Source: an uncultured Thermoplasmatales archaeon
Lineage (GTDB): Archaea; Thermoplasmatota; Thermoplasmata; Thermoplasmatales; GCA-001856825
Assembly (NCBI GenBank): GCA_964468585.1
Contig: CAYXTM010000001.1
Coordinates: 108,084 to 172,083 of the forward strand
Length of the DNA stretch: 64,000 bases
Reading direction: 5' to 3'
How positions within the stretch are numbered: position 1 is the stretch's first letter; each line of letters begins with the position of its first letter. The notes under the pieces were generated by a model that worked only from the letters and a program-made list of their open reading frames with translations, was not told where the DNA came from and made no database searches. Shown in pieces: positions 31,403 to 42,166 of this stretch. Position numbers and translations under genes: made by a program.

Positions 31403-31504
31403 GCCGGGGTGGCTTAGTCGGTAGAGCGTCGGACTCATAGGGATTTTCTATATTAGAAAGACTGAGAAATCCGAAGGCCGCGGGTTCGATTCCCGTCCCC
31501 GGCA
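31403..31504 (+). tRNA. tRNA-Met (anticodon CAT) with a ~29-nt intron after position 37 (tRNA-Ile2 not excluded)
   Basis: Acceptor stem GCCGGGG/CCCCGGC plus discriminator A. D stem GCTT/GAGC. Anticodon stem TCGGA...TCCGA with CAT at 31436-31438. T arm GCGGG-TTCGATT-CCCGT. The intervening sequence 31440-31468 carries TGAG, which can pair with loop CTCA to form a 4-bp helix flanked by 3-nt bulges (BHB-like). Confidence 0.85.
31440..31468 (+). other. Archaeal tRNA intron (bulge-helix-bulge type) in tRNA-Met
   Basis: 29 nt interrupt the anticodon loop at the canonical 37/38 site. An internal hairpin TTTCT-ATATT-AGAAA is present. The exact splice points are +/-1 nt by eye. Confidence 0.7.
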
Positions 31505-31577
31505 TCCTTTTAAAACTCTACAACTCTCAAACATTATCCTAATTTCAAATATTAAAAAAGATAAAAGAATTAAATTT

Positions 31578-32966
31578 TCATGCAATTTGGGAATAACCAG
31601 AATTTTCTCCGTTATAATATGTCAAAGACCAGGTAGATGGTGCATCCAGTACAAATGGTAACATATAGCTTGAATTAAGAGGTACGAGACTATCCCATGA
31701 ATTTCCATAGGTCATGTTGTATAATGAACCATTAAAATGATAACTCATTATGCTTGACTCGGCTACCGATTGAAATTCAAGTTGTGTGTATGTGGCGTAA
31801 AATTCTGTGCCATTATATGGTATTGTTGCATTCCAGTACCTATCTGATCCAGTTACGCTATAATCGATTATCTGGAAGAATATATACTTGTACTGAGGAA
31901 AATATTCTATTGTCAGTCCCAAGTTTGTGCCACTAGGTGTATAGAAACCGCTTTGAACTGCTGGGTTTGATGAATTTAAAAAGTAATGTGCAACACAGTT
32001 AGTGCCTGATACATACCATGGGGCTATTGTCCCATTAGGGTCCAAGTCTACTCCAAGCTGGAAAAAGCCCTTGCACGAAGACCTTGTGGCTCCATAATAA
32101 TTCATTGCATTTATCTGAAAACTTAAAATTCCATTTTGTAAAGATGTCCAGTTATCAATGATCATATTAGCATGTAAAATCGTGAAGGCTGGTAGCAATG
32201 TCACTAATAACCCCGAACCTTGCCCATATCCTTCCATGTTATTGTATCCGGGTAAATAGATTGGAATCTCATAACTTGTAAAGTATATGTCTGTGAAGTA
32301 TACTTTTCCGGCAATTGAAGAAATTTGAATTCCAGAATATGATGGTCCCAATGGTGCACTTACTGTTGCGAATGTGGAGTTCGTTTCGTCCACGAATACC
32401 TGGAACGTCCAAGAATATTTGTTATTCTTACTTGAATTGTATAGATTTCCAGACAGGTATACCCATCCGTCATTATATGAGTTAGGTTGTGGAACTGTTC
32501 CAGCAACCTTTGTGTTGGAGGCTCTTGAACTCACGACAATATTATAACCTGAGACAACAACTGATACAATAGATTGGTTATCGGAATTGACTATGGCGAA
32601 ATAGCCTGTCCCATCAGCAGCATTAACAGCTAACTGAAATGATACAAATTGATCCCCAGGTGTAACATTTGAGTTAGTTTCTAAGGTTTGACCTCCAAAA
32701 AGTTGCAGTGAAGGTTCGCCAAAATAATTTGGTGAATTGACAATCAGAGGCTTTCCTTGGCCTGAAATCTCATTCCATCCATAATCCGCGTAATTATTAC
32801 CTGAAGTAAAAAGCGAAACAAAGGCAAAAGACCCCGCAGTTCCAACAGCTGGTGCCTTAATCAATTCATTACTGTTTCCTGAAGCTTGGGTCCCACTCAC
32901 CAAGAAGATAGGCGATGCAATTATAGATGCAACGATTACTAAACCGAAAAATTTAGAATTCTGCAT
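31578..32966 (-). CDS. Secreted protein (462 aa), uncharacterised, sequon-rich
   Basis: N-terminal signal/anchor FFGLVIVASIIASPIFLVSGTQASG. Composition is beta-rich, N/S/T/Y/G-rich and Lys/Arg-poor. No C-terminal TM. Confidence 0.65.
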   Translation of the reverse strand: MQNSKFFGLVIVASIIASPIFLVSGTQASGNSNELIKAPAVGTAGSFAFVSLFTSGNNYADYGWNEISGQGKPLIVNSPNYFGEPSLQLFGGQTLETNSNVTPGDQFVSFQLAVNAADGTGYFAIVNSDNQSIVSVVVSGYNIVVSSRASNTKVAGTVPQPNSYNDGWVYLSGNLYNSSKNNKYSWTFQVFVDETNSTFATVSAPLGPSYSGIQISSIAGKVYFTDIYFTSYEIPIYLPGYNNMEGYGQGSGLLVTLLPAFTILHANMIIDNWTSLQNGILSFQINAMNYYGATRSSCKGFFQLGVDLDPNGTIAPWYVSGTNCVAHYFLNSSNPAVQSGFYTPSGTNLGLTIEYFPQYKYIFFQIIDYSVTGSDRYWNATIPYNGTEFYATYTQLEFQSVAESSIMSYHFNGSLYNMTYGNSWDSLVPLNSSYMLPFVLDAPSTWSLTYYNGENSGYSQIA

Positions 32967-33241
32967 GATTTTTTAAGATATTTGAGTATTAAAGTATTAT
33001 TATATTTGAAAATTAAAATTTTTTTGGTTAATGAATTTGAAAATTCTAAATGACTGGACTTATTAAATTTCTGAGATTAAAATTATAAAAAATGTCTGTA
33101 TACATAATCTGCCTGTGCTCAGAAAATTTCCATTGAAAATTATCTGTTTACCTTACCTCAAAAAATTTCTTTGCACCAAGTAATTTGTGAATAATTTGAT
33201 AACTTACAAAAAAGTTTTATTCTCACTAGATTTAATTATAT

Positions 33242-33895
33242 ATGGACCAAGAAAGCAATTTTAGAATACCTTTAATAGGCGAGGATTTTCCAACTTTAAA
33301 GGTTGAAACTACACATGGCTTCAAGGAGCTACCAAAGGACTATTCTGGGAAATGGTTTATGCTTTTCTCTCATCCTGGTGATTTCACCCCAGTGTGCACT
33401 ACAGAATTCTATTCGTTTGCCAGAAACTATCAAAAATTCAAGGAATTAAACACAGAGCTCATAGGGCTTTCAGTGGATAGCGTTATAAGCCACATTGAAT
33501 GGGTTAAATGGATAAAGGATCACTTAAACATTGACATACCATTCCCTATAATAGCGGATCCAATTGGAAATGTCTCAAGAAGACTAGGAATGCTCCAGCC
33601 TCAGTCACCAACAGCCACAGTGAGGGCAGTTTTCATAGTAGACCCAAACAGTATTGTCAGACTGATACTTTACTATCCCATGGAAGCAGGGAGAAATGTT
33701 AATGAACTGTTGAGAGTTATAAAGGCGCTTCAGGCAGCTGACAAAAACAAAGCAGCCATTCCAGCCAACTGGCCAGACAATGAACTGATCGGTTCCAAGA
33801 TAATCAATCCACCACCTAGGACAGTTGAAGGAGCCAATGAAGTACTGAAAAAATACAAGGGTTACGATTGGTGGCTGACCTATAGGGAGGAATAG
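33242..33895 (+). CDS. Peroxiredoxin (Prx6/1-Cys-like archaeal type)
   Basis: [14 protein letters not shown] is the peroxidatic Cys motif. 217 aa. Confidence 0.9.
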   Translation: MDQESNFRIPLIGEDFPTLKVETTHGFKELPKDYSGKWFMLFSHPGDFTPVCTTEFYSFARNYQKFKELNTELIGLSVDSVISHIEWVKWIKDHLNIDIPFPIIADPIGNVSRRLGMLQPQSPTATVRAVFIVDPNSIVRLILYYPMEAGRNVNELLRVIKALQAADKNKAAIPANWPDNELIGSKIINPPPRTVEGANEVLKKYKGYDWWLTYREE

Positions 33896-33956
33896 ATAAA
33901 AAATAATTCAACTTTTCATTTATTTCTTAGGGAATTAATTGGATTCTCCTTTTTTC

Positions 33957-34841
33957 TCATGATTTTATATTAGAAGATACTTCCCTTATTGCTTCTTCCA
34001 CCTTGGAACTCCTTTCTATGAAAAATATTTCATTTCCTTGTGTTATTTCTCTATTGAATTCTGGTAGCAAATCTCTATTTAGCTCTACATTATATTCAGA
34101 ATCTGAAACCATTTTGATTCCGTATTTTTCTATAATGGTTCCATTTCTTATTATTCCAGTTATTTTTAACATTACAGTTTTATCGTCATTAATTATATCT
34201 TTATTCACTTCACCGTTATTCAATATTATTATCCTGTCAGAGAGGTACATTGCTTCTTCTATAATGTGAGTTGTGAAAATTATTATCTTATCTCTCTTTG
34301 CATTCAAATCTTTCAGCACCTGTCTAATCTCTAATGTACCCATTGGATCGATCCCGAATGTAGGTTCGTCCAGAATAAGAATTGAAGGGTCTCCTATCAT
34401 GGCACTGGCCAAACCCAACCTCTGCTTCATTCCTCTCGAATATTTTCCAACCTTCTTATCCAGAAAGGGTAATGAACCGGTAAGCTCAGCAACGCGTTTA
34501 ATTTCCCCTATCAAACTATTACCTTGGTATCCTTTTAATTTACCAGAAAATTCAAGTATTTCTCTGCCGCTTAAATAAGGATAGAATTCAGGTTGTTCAA
34601 CCAGTACACCCATTTCCATCAATATCTCCTTTCTAGAGTCCCTAAAATTCTTATCATTTATCCTTACTTCTCCATGTCTTGGGTGAGCCAATCCAGTCAA
34701 TACTTTTAATAGAGTAGTTTTCCCTGCTCCATTTGGTCCTAAAATCGTAGTTATACCTTCCTTGTCAATTTTTAAAGTTAAAGGTCCTAGGGCTCTGAAA
34801 TCCCCATAATATTTTTCTACTCCTTCCAACTCAATCTTCAT
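33957..34841 (-). CDS. ABC transporter ATP-binding protein
   Basis: Walker A GPNGAGKTT, signature YSRGMKQRL, Walker B ILILDEPT, and H-loop TTHI. Confidence 0.9.
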   Translation of the reverse strand: MKIELEGVEKYYGDFRALGPLTLKIDKEGITTILGPNGAGKTTLLKVLTGLAHPRHGEVRINDKNFRDSRKEILMEMGVLVEQPEFYPYLSGREILEFSGKLKGYQGNSLIGEIKRVAELTGSLPFLDKKVGKYSRGMKQRLGLASAMIGDPSILILDEPTFGIDPMGTLEIRQVLKDLNAKRDKIIIFTTHIIEEAMYLSDRIIILNNGEVNKDIINDDKTVMLKITGIIRNGTIIEKYGIKMVSDSEYNVELNRDLLPEFNREITQGNEIFFIERSSKVEEAIREVSSNIKS

Positions 34842-34842
34842 A

Positions 34843-35679
34843 TCATTTTACCTCTTTTCTTTCCACTATGAACAAAGTGCCCAAAAGAAAGACAACAGCA
34901 TAGACTATGAAAACTGAGAGCGACAAAAATATGTCATTTAGACCCGCTGGATTTAAATTGAAACTTGTAGTGAAAACTGTGGGATTGATGTTTATATAAA
35001 CCCTCTCAATAATTGTAGCAGCATTATTTAGAAGGAAGAATGCGTTGTATGAGTATAGAAGATATAATACAAGATTAACTGCGTAAAATATTATGAAATA
35101 AATTACAAAACTTGTTATATATGCATACAGATTCTTATTAAATATTGAGCTGAGTAAAAATGTGAATGAAGTCAGAGCAAATATCAACATTATTAATAAC
35201 CCGACGGATGTAAGGAATTGATTATATTCAAGAAATCCGTACACTAAAATTACACTAACTGCCTGTGTAAGTATGTAAACCATCATTGAAATTATGGTTA
35301 CCGTCACCGCGGCAAGATATTTGGCAATAACAAGAACAAATCTATCAACTGGTTGTGAAAAAACAAAGTATCCAGTCTTCATTTCCATTTCAGAGCTAAT
35401 GGCCGGAGAGGAGAAAAATACCGATGAGAATACAGGAAGGCTTGACATCACATATGCCCACAAATAAAGTATCAGTAGCTCGCTGTTTACTTTGGAAAGT
35501 GAAACTAGCCTGCTTGGAAGCAAATTTGAAATTCTATTAGAATATCTGAATGTAAGATAGGCCATAATCAAAGATGCCAGAACCACTATTATCAGAATTA
35601 AATAGAAACTTCTGGATCGATAATAGTTCCTCAAATAATGTGAATAAATTGTAAAAAAATTACTAGACATTAAATTCAC
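34843..35679 (-). CDS. ABC-2-type transporter permease
   Basis: 278 aa with about six hydrophobic helices. Its stop lies 1 nt upstream of the ATPase gene start. Confidence 0.7.
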   Translation of the reverse strand: MNLMSSNFFTIYSHYLRNYYRSRSFYLILIIVVLASLIMAYLTFRYSNRISNLLPSRLVSLSKVNSELLILYLWAYVMSSLPVFSSVFFSSPAISSEMEMKTGYFVFSQPVDRFVLVIAKYLAAVTVTIISMMVYILTQAVSVILVYGFLEYNQFLTSVGLLIMLIFALTSFTFLLSSIFNKNLYAYITSFVIYFIIFYAVNLVLYLLYSYNAFFLLNNAATIIERVYININPTVFTTSFNLNPAGLNDIFLSLSVFIVYAVVFLLGTLFIVERKEVK

Positions 35680-35684
35680 CTAAT

Positions 35685-36461
35685 TTAGCTGCTTCTTGTG
35701 CTTACAATAAATTCAATTGTTTTAGAATTTACTTTGATGATTTTAAGGCCGTTTTCATGCAGGTAGCCTGAATAATTGTAAAGGTTTGAAATGAAAGTGG
35801 AATTTCCGGAGATATAGATGTATACAGATGATGAAGATACATTGCCCCAGGCCGTGATGTTATATTCATTGAAGTAAAAATCTATCATCCCATTTCCCGA
35901 TAGATAACTCTTAATATGGGAAAAATTGCTTCCTTGGTTATTAGCTGCAATGGAATAGTTTAATTCATCTAGGCTTCCCAGGAATATATAATTTGAATAA
36001 GGCTGGAACAGATACAGTGAGAAATTAAAGATACTTGGAAAATATGAATTGAGATTCCCTGAAAAATTAAAATTGAAACTGGTTGGGAAACTAATGTTGG
36101 ATGTTCTATTTGTGATAAAATTGTAAATGGTATCATAGGCACTTATTTTATAAACTTGGAATCCTCCTATAGTTCCATATTTAACTATGGGAATGGTTGT
36201 GTTGTTGAACGTTAAGTTTGAGTTTCCCACTCCGAAACCCTTAGAAATAGGAATTAAAAGGCCTATACCAGACTTGCCACCGAAGGCATAATAAGTGCTG
36301 TTATTGTAATTAATCTTCAATACCATGGTTGAATTTGAAGGTATAAAATTCAGGGGATTTTCTTGAGATGAAACATATGCGTTGTATGCTAATATTGATA
36401 CGGGTACAATTATAACAATCGCAATTCCCACTGCTATTGCTAACTTAAGCTTGGCGTTCAT
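35685..36461 (-). CDS. N-terminally anchored extracellular protein (258 aa), uncharacterised
   Basis: Single N-terminal TM (LKLAIAVGIAIVIIVPVSILAY) followed by an N/S/T/F/Y-rich sequon-dense domain. It lies 5 nt upstream of the permease gene. Confidence 0.6.
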   Translation of the reverse strand: MNAKLKLAIAVGIAIVIIVPVSILAYNAYVSSQENPLNFIPSNSTMVLKINYNNSTYYAFGGKSGIGLLIPISKGFGVGNSNLTFNNTTIPIVKYGTIGGFQVYKISAYDTIYNFITNRTSNISFPTSFNFNFSGNLNSYFPSIFNFSLYLFQPYSNYIFLGSLDELNYSIAANNQGSNFSHIKSYLSGNGMIDFYFNEYNITAWGNVSSSSVYIYISGNSTFISNLYNYSGYLHENGLKIIKVNSKTIEFIVSTRSS

Positions 36462-36508
36462 GCTCTCATGGTTATATATAAAATAAGGATAAAAGATTTA
36501 TGTATTCT

Positions 36509-37861
36509 TCAAGAACTGAAATTCAATATGTGTTTATTTGATTCTGCAAAATATGATAAGCTACTGAAAAAGTTAGCAAGAAGCTCATCTGGGTGCTGTC
36601 CTTCCATTTCCGAAATCTGCTTCAATATGTTCAATATTTTTCCGTTTGGATTATATGCATATGACTCTGCAAGCCCGTTTGTTAACCAATCTTCTAGGAC
36701 CTCATGCTTTTCTTCTCCTAGGTTATTCACAGCTTCTAAAATCTGAGGTATTAAATTATCTGCCTCATCGCGTTTAACCTCATTCAATTTGGTATAAAGA
36801 TCAATCATGGACCATATCCTAATGATCTCAGAGGCTTTGGAGATCGATTCATGTATTGTATCAATAATCTCTCTAGAGTCATCGTGTTTTATTATGTGTG
36901 ATAAACCACTTGAAATAATATAGGAAGCAGCATCAACATCCTCCTTTCTGTTGATTTTTGAAATATTTCTCATTCTCTCATTTATCTTTTTAAGCACAGG
37001 TTTAAAATCGTCTCCCATGATTGCCTTTAGTCTTGCCATGAGAACATCCCTATAGAGTTTTGAGGTCTGCGACGATCTTGTTGGCAATGATTCAGCAAGC
37101 TTTTCTTGGTAATTGTTCATTTTGTCTTTTAACTCTTCACTGTTTGTATGTGTAAATTGTTCATAATAAGAAAGGGTCAGTCCATAGTATATGCCGAGTT
37201 TATCCTCTTCCTTAGAAATGTTCTGCAGATTCTCCTCAACGAATTTCACGATTTCTGAATTCAATGTTGGTGTGTCCTCCTTTCTCAGGATCAATTTCGA
37301 AAGAGTAGTAGACCAGAATTTGTCTTTTTGATCTTTGCTTTTAATTAACTGCCCCATTTCATTTAAATTCTGGAGTAAATATAAGTTCCCGTCCCTCAGA
37401 TGTATGTTATCAACGAAATTGGCTGATAATCCCTCTATGAGAGCGGAAAGATCAACATCGCTATCCTTTATCATCCTAAGTATCTCCATAATATTATCCA
37501 AAGCCTGTGGTTTCCTGTTGGCCAGTGACTCTAGGATTGATACACCCTTATAGATCGAAAAGATATCGTCTTCTGGAAGAAGTAGATTCTCATTTAGTTG
37601 AGATTCTATCTGATCTATTAGACTATTGAATATGTCTGTCTGTCCTGTATAAATATTAAATTTCGTATATAACATATAATCTTCAAAATTTACTCCTTCA
37701 TCTCCGGCATCGCTGAATGCCTTACTCACCTGCTTGAAAATTTCCAGGTCTTCTCTGTCCATATTCCCGGTAAGAACTCTATAAATCAAGTAGTTCAATT
37801 GGCTTTCTGTGCTATATTCTCCAGCGCTTTTTAGCATTTCTTTTAAATTCGGATTATCCAT
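36509..37861 (-). CDS. Hypothetical cytoplasmic all-helical protein (450 aa)
   Basis: Long ORF of acidic, helical composition with no TM and no motif I recognise. It lies 47 nt upstream of the ABC-associated genes. Confidence 0.55.
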   Translation of the reverse strand: MDNPNLKEMLKSAGEYSTESQLNYLIYRVLTGNMDREDLEIFKQVSKAFSDAGDEGVNFEDYMLYTKFNIYTGQTDIFNSLIDQIESQLNENLLLPEDDIFSIYKGVSILESLANRKPQALDNIMEILRMIKDSDVDLSALIEGLSANFVDNIHLRDGNLYLLQNLNEMGQLIKSKDQKDKFWSTTLSKLILRKEDTPTLNSEIVKFVEENLQNISKEEDKLGIYYGLTLSYYEQFTHTNSEELKDKMNNYQEKLAESLPTRSSQTSKLYRDVLMARLKAIMGDDFKPVLKKINERMRNISKINRKEDVDAASYIISSGLSHIIKHDDSREIIDTIHESISKASEIIRIWSMIDLYTKLNEVKRDEADNLIPQILEAVNNLGEEKHEVLEDWLTNGLAESYAYNPNGKILNILKQISEMEGQHPDELLANFFSSLSYFAESNKHILNFSS

Positions 37862-38148
37862 TAAATGGTAACGTATTTACGGATTTAATTTTAACCATGT
37901 TCTTATAAATCAACTTAGGAAAACTCATGCAGGATTGAATTGCATTTATTCTGAATATAGATTATAAGAAAGTTAGGTTAAAATTTAGTACACCTAAAAT
38001 AAGCAAAATGTCGTTTTTCTAAAAAGTGTTTGTAAAATACGAAAAAATCAAGTTTTCATCCTTTATAAAAATTCAAAATATTTAAGAGGGCTAAGAACAA
38101 AATGAATTTAGGTACGGCAAAATCTTAAAATGCTATTAAAAATTTACC

Positions 38149-39000
38149 GTGATGTTACCTGAATATGCAAAAGTGAAATTGCCCACTGAGGAGGTCTTTT
38201 TTTCCACAGAGGGGAAAATAAAAACACTAAAACTTCACACTGTCTGTGAGGAGGCCAGATGTCCTAACAGGACTGAATGCTGGTCAGATGGAACTGCCAC
38301 TTTCATGATAATGGGAAAAAACTGCTCCAGGAATTGCAGATTCTGCTCAGTTACTCATGGTCATATGGAGCCTTTGGACCCTCTCGAACCAATGATGGTA
38401 GCCGAGGCTGTAAAAGAGATGGGTCTTACTTTTGCAGTTATAACTTCAGTAGATAGGGATGACCTTCCAGACGGTGGTGCTAGTCACTTTGCCAGGGTCA
38501 TAAGGGAAGTTAAAAAGCTCGGCATAAAGGTCGAAGTTCTGATCCCGGATTTCAGAGGAAATGAAGACCAACTTAAAACTATTATGGATTCAAAACCAGA
38601 TATTATAGCACATAATGTTGAGACTGTCAGAAGACTGAGCCCCACTGTTAGGGACGGTCGCGCTGGTTACGATCAGTCCCTAAGGGTCCTTGAATTTATA
38701 GCCAAAGGCAACTTCATCACGAAATCTTCCATAATGGTGGGATTGGGTGAGACAAAGGATGAGATAATTACAACGCTAAAGGACCTAAAGGCTGTTGGAG
38801 TGAAAATAGTAACGATTGGGCAGTATTTGAGACCTACAAAGATGCAATTACCCGTCCAGAAGTATTACACAACAGCCGAATTTCAGGAATTGAAAGAAGA
38901 AGCATATGAAATAGGTTTTGATTATGTAGCTTCTGGGCCTCTTGTAAGGACGTCTTATAAGGCTGCAGAGGCATGGGAATCACTGATGGTGGGAAAATGA
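38149..39000 (+). CDS. lipA: Lipoyl synthase
   Basis: Auxiliary cluster motif [12 protein letters not shown] and radical-SAM motif [10 protein letters not shown]. 283 aa. The track start is GTG 38149, with an ATG at 38152. Confidence 0.95.
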   Translation: MMLPEYAKVKLPTEEVFFSTEGKIKTLKLHTVCEEARCPNRTECWSDGTATFMIMGKNCSRNCRFCSVTHGHMEPLDPLEPMMVAEAVKEMGLTFAVITSVDRDDLPDGGASHFARVIREVKKLGIKVEVLIPDFRGNEDQLKTIMDSKPDIIAHNVETVRRLSPTVRDGRAGYDQSLRVLEFIAKGNFITKSSIMVGLGETKDEIITTLKDLKAVGVKIVTIGQYLRPTKMQLPVQKYYTTAEFQELKEEAYEIGFDYVASGPLVRTSYKAAEAWESLMVGK

Positions 39001-40004
39001 AAATTTTAAACAAGTTTGATGAAGAGGAATTGTTGAATGCGTATAGGATTGCCTTATACTCGAGAACTCTAGATAACAGGATATTGATGGCTCAGAGGCA
39101 AGGAATCATTGGATTTCATACTCCTAGTTCAGGGCATGAAATACCACAGGTCGCGATTGGCATGCTCTTAGAAAAGGAAGATATCATAATAAATTATTAC
39201 AGGGACCTGACATTGCTTGTATACAGAGGAGTTCCAATTGAAAAGATATTTGACCATATGCTAGCAAATTCTGAAGATTCTGCCAGTGGTAGGAACATGC
39301 CGGATCATTACAACTTCAGAGAATATGGATTTTACTCAGTACAGAGCCCAGTGGCCATGCATCTTCCATTTGCGGTTGGTGCAGCCTATGCCAAAGTCAT
39401 GAAAGGTGAAAAAGGTATAGTTCTTGCAAATACTGGTGATGGAGGTACTTCTACTGGGGATTTTCATGCTGCTCTTAATTTTGCATCTGTTTTCAATCTG
39501 CCAGTTATGTTTGTCATAGAGAACAACAGATTTGCCATTTCACTTCCAGTGGAAGAGCAAACTAAGGCCCCTATAGAAAAGAAGGCTGAAGCTTATGGGA
39601 TGCCTGGAATTTCATTTGACGGAAATGATATTTTTGCTGCCTTGGAGGGGTTCATGAAGGCGTTTGACTACGTGAGAACGAACAAAAAACCAATACTGGT
39701 CGAGGCGAGAATTTACAGAATGGGCCCACATTCAACATCTGATGATCCAAGAAAGTACAGGAAAGATGAGATAGTGGAGGGGTCTAAAGATGACCCAATA
39801 ATCAGGTTTGAAGATAAACTAAAATCGCTCGGGATTTTGAGCGATTCTATGGTAGCTGAGTTAAAGAAATGGGCAGTTGAAGATATTGAGAAGAAGCTGG
39901 AACAGAGAATGAAGATACCACCTCCAGCGCCAGAAAAAATCTTTGATGATGTATATGAGAAAAGGACCTGGATACTGGAAGAAGAAAGGAGGGAACTTGA
40001 ATGA
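38973..40004 (+). CDS. 2-oxoacid dehydrogenase E1 component, alpha subunit (TPP-binding)
   Basis: TPP motif [31 protein letters not shown]. An in-frame ATG at 38997 (MKILNKF) forms an ATGA overlap with the lipA stop and may be the true start. Confidence 0.9.
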   Translation: MGITDGGKMKILNKFDEEELLNAYRIALYSRTLDNRILMAQRQGIIGFHTPSSGHEIPQVAIGMLLEKEDIIINYYRDLTLLVYRGVPIEKIFDHMLANSEDSASGRNMPDHYNFREYGFYSVQSPVAMHLPFAVGAAYAKVMKGEKGIVLANTGDGGTSTGDFHAALNFASVFNLPVMFVIENNRFAISLPVEEQTKAPIEKKAEAYGMPGISFDGNDIFAALEGFMKAFDYVRTNKKPILVEARIYRMGPHSTSDDPRKYRKDEIVEGSKDDPIIRFEDKLKSLGILSDSMVAELKKWAVEDIEKKLEQRMKIPPPAPEKIFDDVYEKRTWILEEERRELE

Positions 40005-40966
40005 GAGAACTAAATATGGTTCAGGCCTTGAATGAGGCCCTAAACATGATTTTATCTAAGGACCCCTTATCTGTTATTATTGGAGAAGACGTTGGGAGAG
40101 ATGGTGGAGTTTTCAGGGTTACTGACGGATTACTTCAGAAATTCGGAAACAAAAGGATAATAGATACCCCCTTGAATGAGCTTGGCATAGTTGGTACAGC
40201 CATTGGAATGGCTTCTTATGGGCTGAGACCAATCGCTGAAATACAGTTTCAGGATTTTATATTTCCTGCTTTTGATCAGATAATAAATCAAATGGCTAAA
40301 ATTAGGTACCGCTCCGGGGGAAAATTCACTGCACCAGTTATAATAAGGACACCATACGGTGGAGGAATAAGGGGAGGCCTATATCATTCCCAGAGTGGTG
40401 AGTCTTATTTTGTGCATACTGCCGGCTTGGTGGTTGTTACACCCTCAAACCCCTACGATGCCAAGGGGTTACTTTTATCTGCCCACGAGGCACCCGATCC
40501 TGTTATTTTTCTTGAACCGAAGAGATTGTATAGGTCTGTCAAAAACGATGTGCCCGAGGAAGAATACCATGTGGAGATTGGAAAAGCTAAATTACTTAGA
40601 GAGGGAAATTCCATAAGTATCATAACCTACGGATCAATGTTACCGACGGTTCTTAACACAGTTGAAAAAAACAATGTGGATGCAGACGTATTGGATCTGA
40701 TAACCCTATCCCCTCTCGATATTGACTCCGTATTGAAATCGGTAAAAAAGACTGGAAGAGCTATAATAGTTCATGAGGCTCCTAGAACACTTGGGGTTGG
40801 TGCTGAGATTTCTGCTCTCATATCAGAAAGGGCGATTGAATATCTTTACTCCCCTATTTACAGGGTTACTGGATTCGATACCCCATTCCCTTATGCCAAT
40901 GAGGAGCATTATTTGCCCAATGAGGCTAGAATAATGAGGTATATTGAGAGGGCTTTGAAATTTTGA
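40001..40966 (+). CDS. 2-oxoacid dehydrogenase E1 component, beta subunit
   Basis: 321 aa. IIGEDVGRDGGVFRVT...RIIDTPLNELGIVG is the typical E1-beta N-terminus. 4-nt overlap with E1-alpha. Confidence 0.9.
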   Translation: MRELNMVQALNEALNMILSKDPLSVIIGEDVGRDGGVFRVTDGLLQKFGNKRIIDTPLNELGIVGTAIGMASYGLRPIAEIQFQDFIFPAFDQIINQMAKIRYRSGGKFTAPVIIRTPYGGGIRGGLYHSQSGESYFVHTAGLVVVTPSNPYDAKGLLLSAHEAPDPVIFLEPKRLYRSVKNDVPEEEYHVEIGKAKLLREGNSISIITYGSMLPTVLNTVEKNNVDADVLDLITLSPLDIDSVLKSVKKTGRAIIVHEAPRTLGVGAEISALISERAIEYLYSPIYRVTGFDTPFPYANEEHYLPNEARIMRYIERALKF

Positions 40967-40975
40967 GGTGATAAA

Positions 40976-42163
40976 ATGGTAACGTTTAAACTACCAGATA
41001 TAGGAGAGGGAATACAGGAAGGGGAAATAGTAAAATGGTACGTAAAAGAGGGGGATAATGTAAAAAAGAACGATATAATAGTGGAGGTTATGACTGACAA
41101 GGTAACTGTTCAAATTCCATCACCATTCGAGGGGAGGGTTGGTAAGATATATTATAAAACTGGTGAACTTGCGAAGGTAGGAAGTCCTCTTGTTGATATC
41201 ATAAGCTCTGAAGAGAAGGTTGCAGAAATACCTAGACCCTCTGAAGAAAAGAAGGAAAAAGCTCCTTCGATTCCTTCCCAAACAACGGTCGAAAGAGAAG
41301 CTGTTGAATACCCTAGCAGAGTGCTTGCGTCTCCGGCCATAAGGAAGAGGGCTAGGGAATTAGGAATCGATTTATCAAAAATTAGCGGCACCGGACTAGG
41401 AGGAAGGATAACTACAGAAGATTTCTTATCCTATGTTGAATCGATCAAAAATAAGCCTCCTACAGCTACTGAGGTAGAGACCTCAAAGTTAACACCTCAG
41501 TCTTCTGGTACTTCACAACACCTTGAACTTCATGGTTTGAGAAGGATAATTTCCGAAAAAATGGTCAAATCGAAATATACAATTCCACATTATGCAGTTG
41601 CAGAGGATGTGGATGTGACCGAACTTGTTTCCCTAAGGGAAAATTTAAAGAGATCCGATATCAATGTGTCCTTTACTCCGTTTTTTGTTATCGCAGCCAC
41701 AAAGGCACTAAAGGAGTTTCCCTATTTAAACGCAAGATGCCTCGAAGATGGCTCATATGAATTATTGAATTATTACAATATTGGTATTGCCATTGACACC
41801 CCTGATGGATTGACTGTTGCGGTTGTTAAGAATGCAGATAGCAAAAAATTGACTCAGATTGCAGCAGAAATTGTGGACTTGGCAGAGAGGGCAAGATCAA
41901 ATAAGCTGAAACTTGATGAGGTTAAGGATTCAACATTCACTGTAACAAACGTAGGCTCCATTGGAGGAATATTCTCCACACCGATAATTAACTACCCAGA
42001 AGTTGCCATATTGGGGGTACATAGAGTTAGGGAAGAGAACGGCAGAAAAAAGATGTTTATAACCCTTTCAGCGGATCACAGGCTCATAGATGGTGCCATG
42101 GCTGCTAGGTTCATTGTTAGAATAAAGAATTATTTGGAGAATCCAATTACCATGCTGGTGTGA
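40976..42163 (+). CDS. Dihydrolipoamide acyltransferase (E2) with a single lipoyl domain
   Basis: Lipoyl-lysine context VEVMTDKVTVQIPSP. A peripheral subunit-binding domain (ASPAIRKRARELGIDLSKISGTG). Catalytic DHRLIDG. A GAGGTGAT SD sequence lies upstream. Confidence 0.9.
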   Translation: MVTFKLPDIGEGIQEGEIVKWYVKEGDNVKKNDIIVEVMTDKVTVQIPSPFEGRVGKIYYKTGELAKVGSPLVDIISSEEKVAEIPRPSEEKKEKAPSIPSQTTVEREAVEYPSRVLASPAIRKRARELGIDLSKISGTGLGGRITTEDFLSYVESIKNKPPTATEVETSKLTPQSSGTSQHLELHGLRRIISEKMVKSKYTIPHYAVAEDVDVTELVSLRENLKRSDINVSFTPFFVIAATKALKEFPYLNARCLEDGSYELLNYYNIGIAIDTPDGLTVAVVKNADSKKLTQIAAEIVDLAERARSNKLKLDEVKDSTFTVTNVGSIGGIFSTPIINYPEVAILGVHRVREENGRKKMFITLSADHRLIDGAMAARFIVRIKNYLENPITMLV

Positions 42164-42166
42164 TCT

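Noticed and set aside
38973-38996. N-terminal 8 codons (MGITDGGK) of the E1-alpha ORF as listed
   Set aside because: They are probably not translated. The in-frame ATG at 38997 gives the ATGA stop/start overlap with lipA that recurs elsewhere in this window. The coordinates are kept as listed because the choice cannot be settled from sequence alone.
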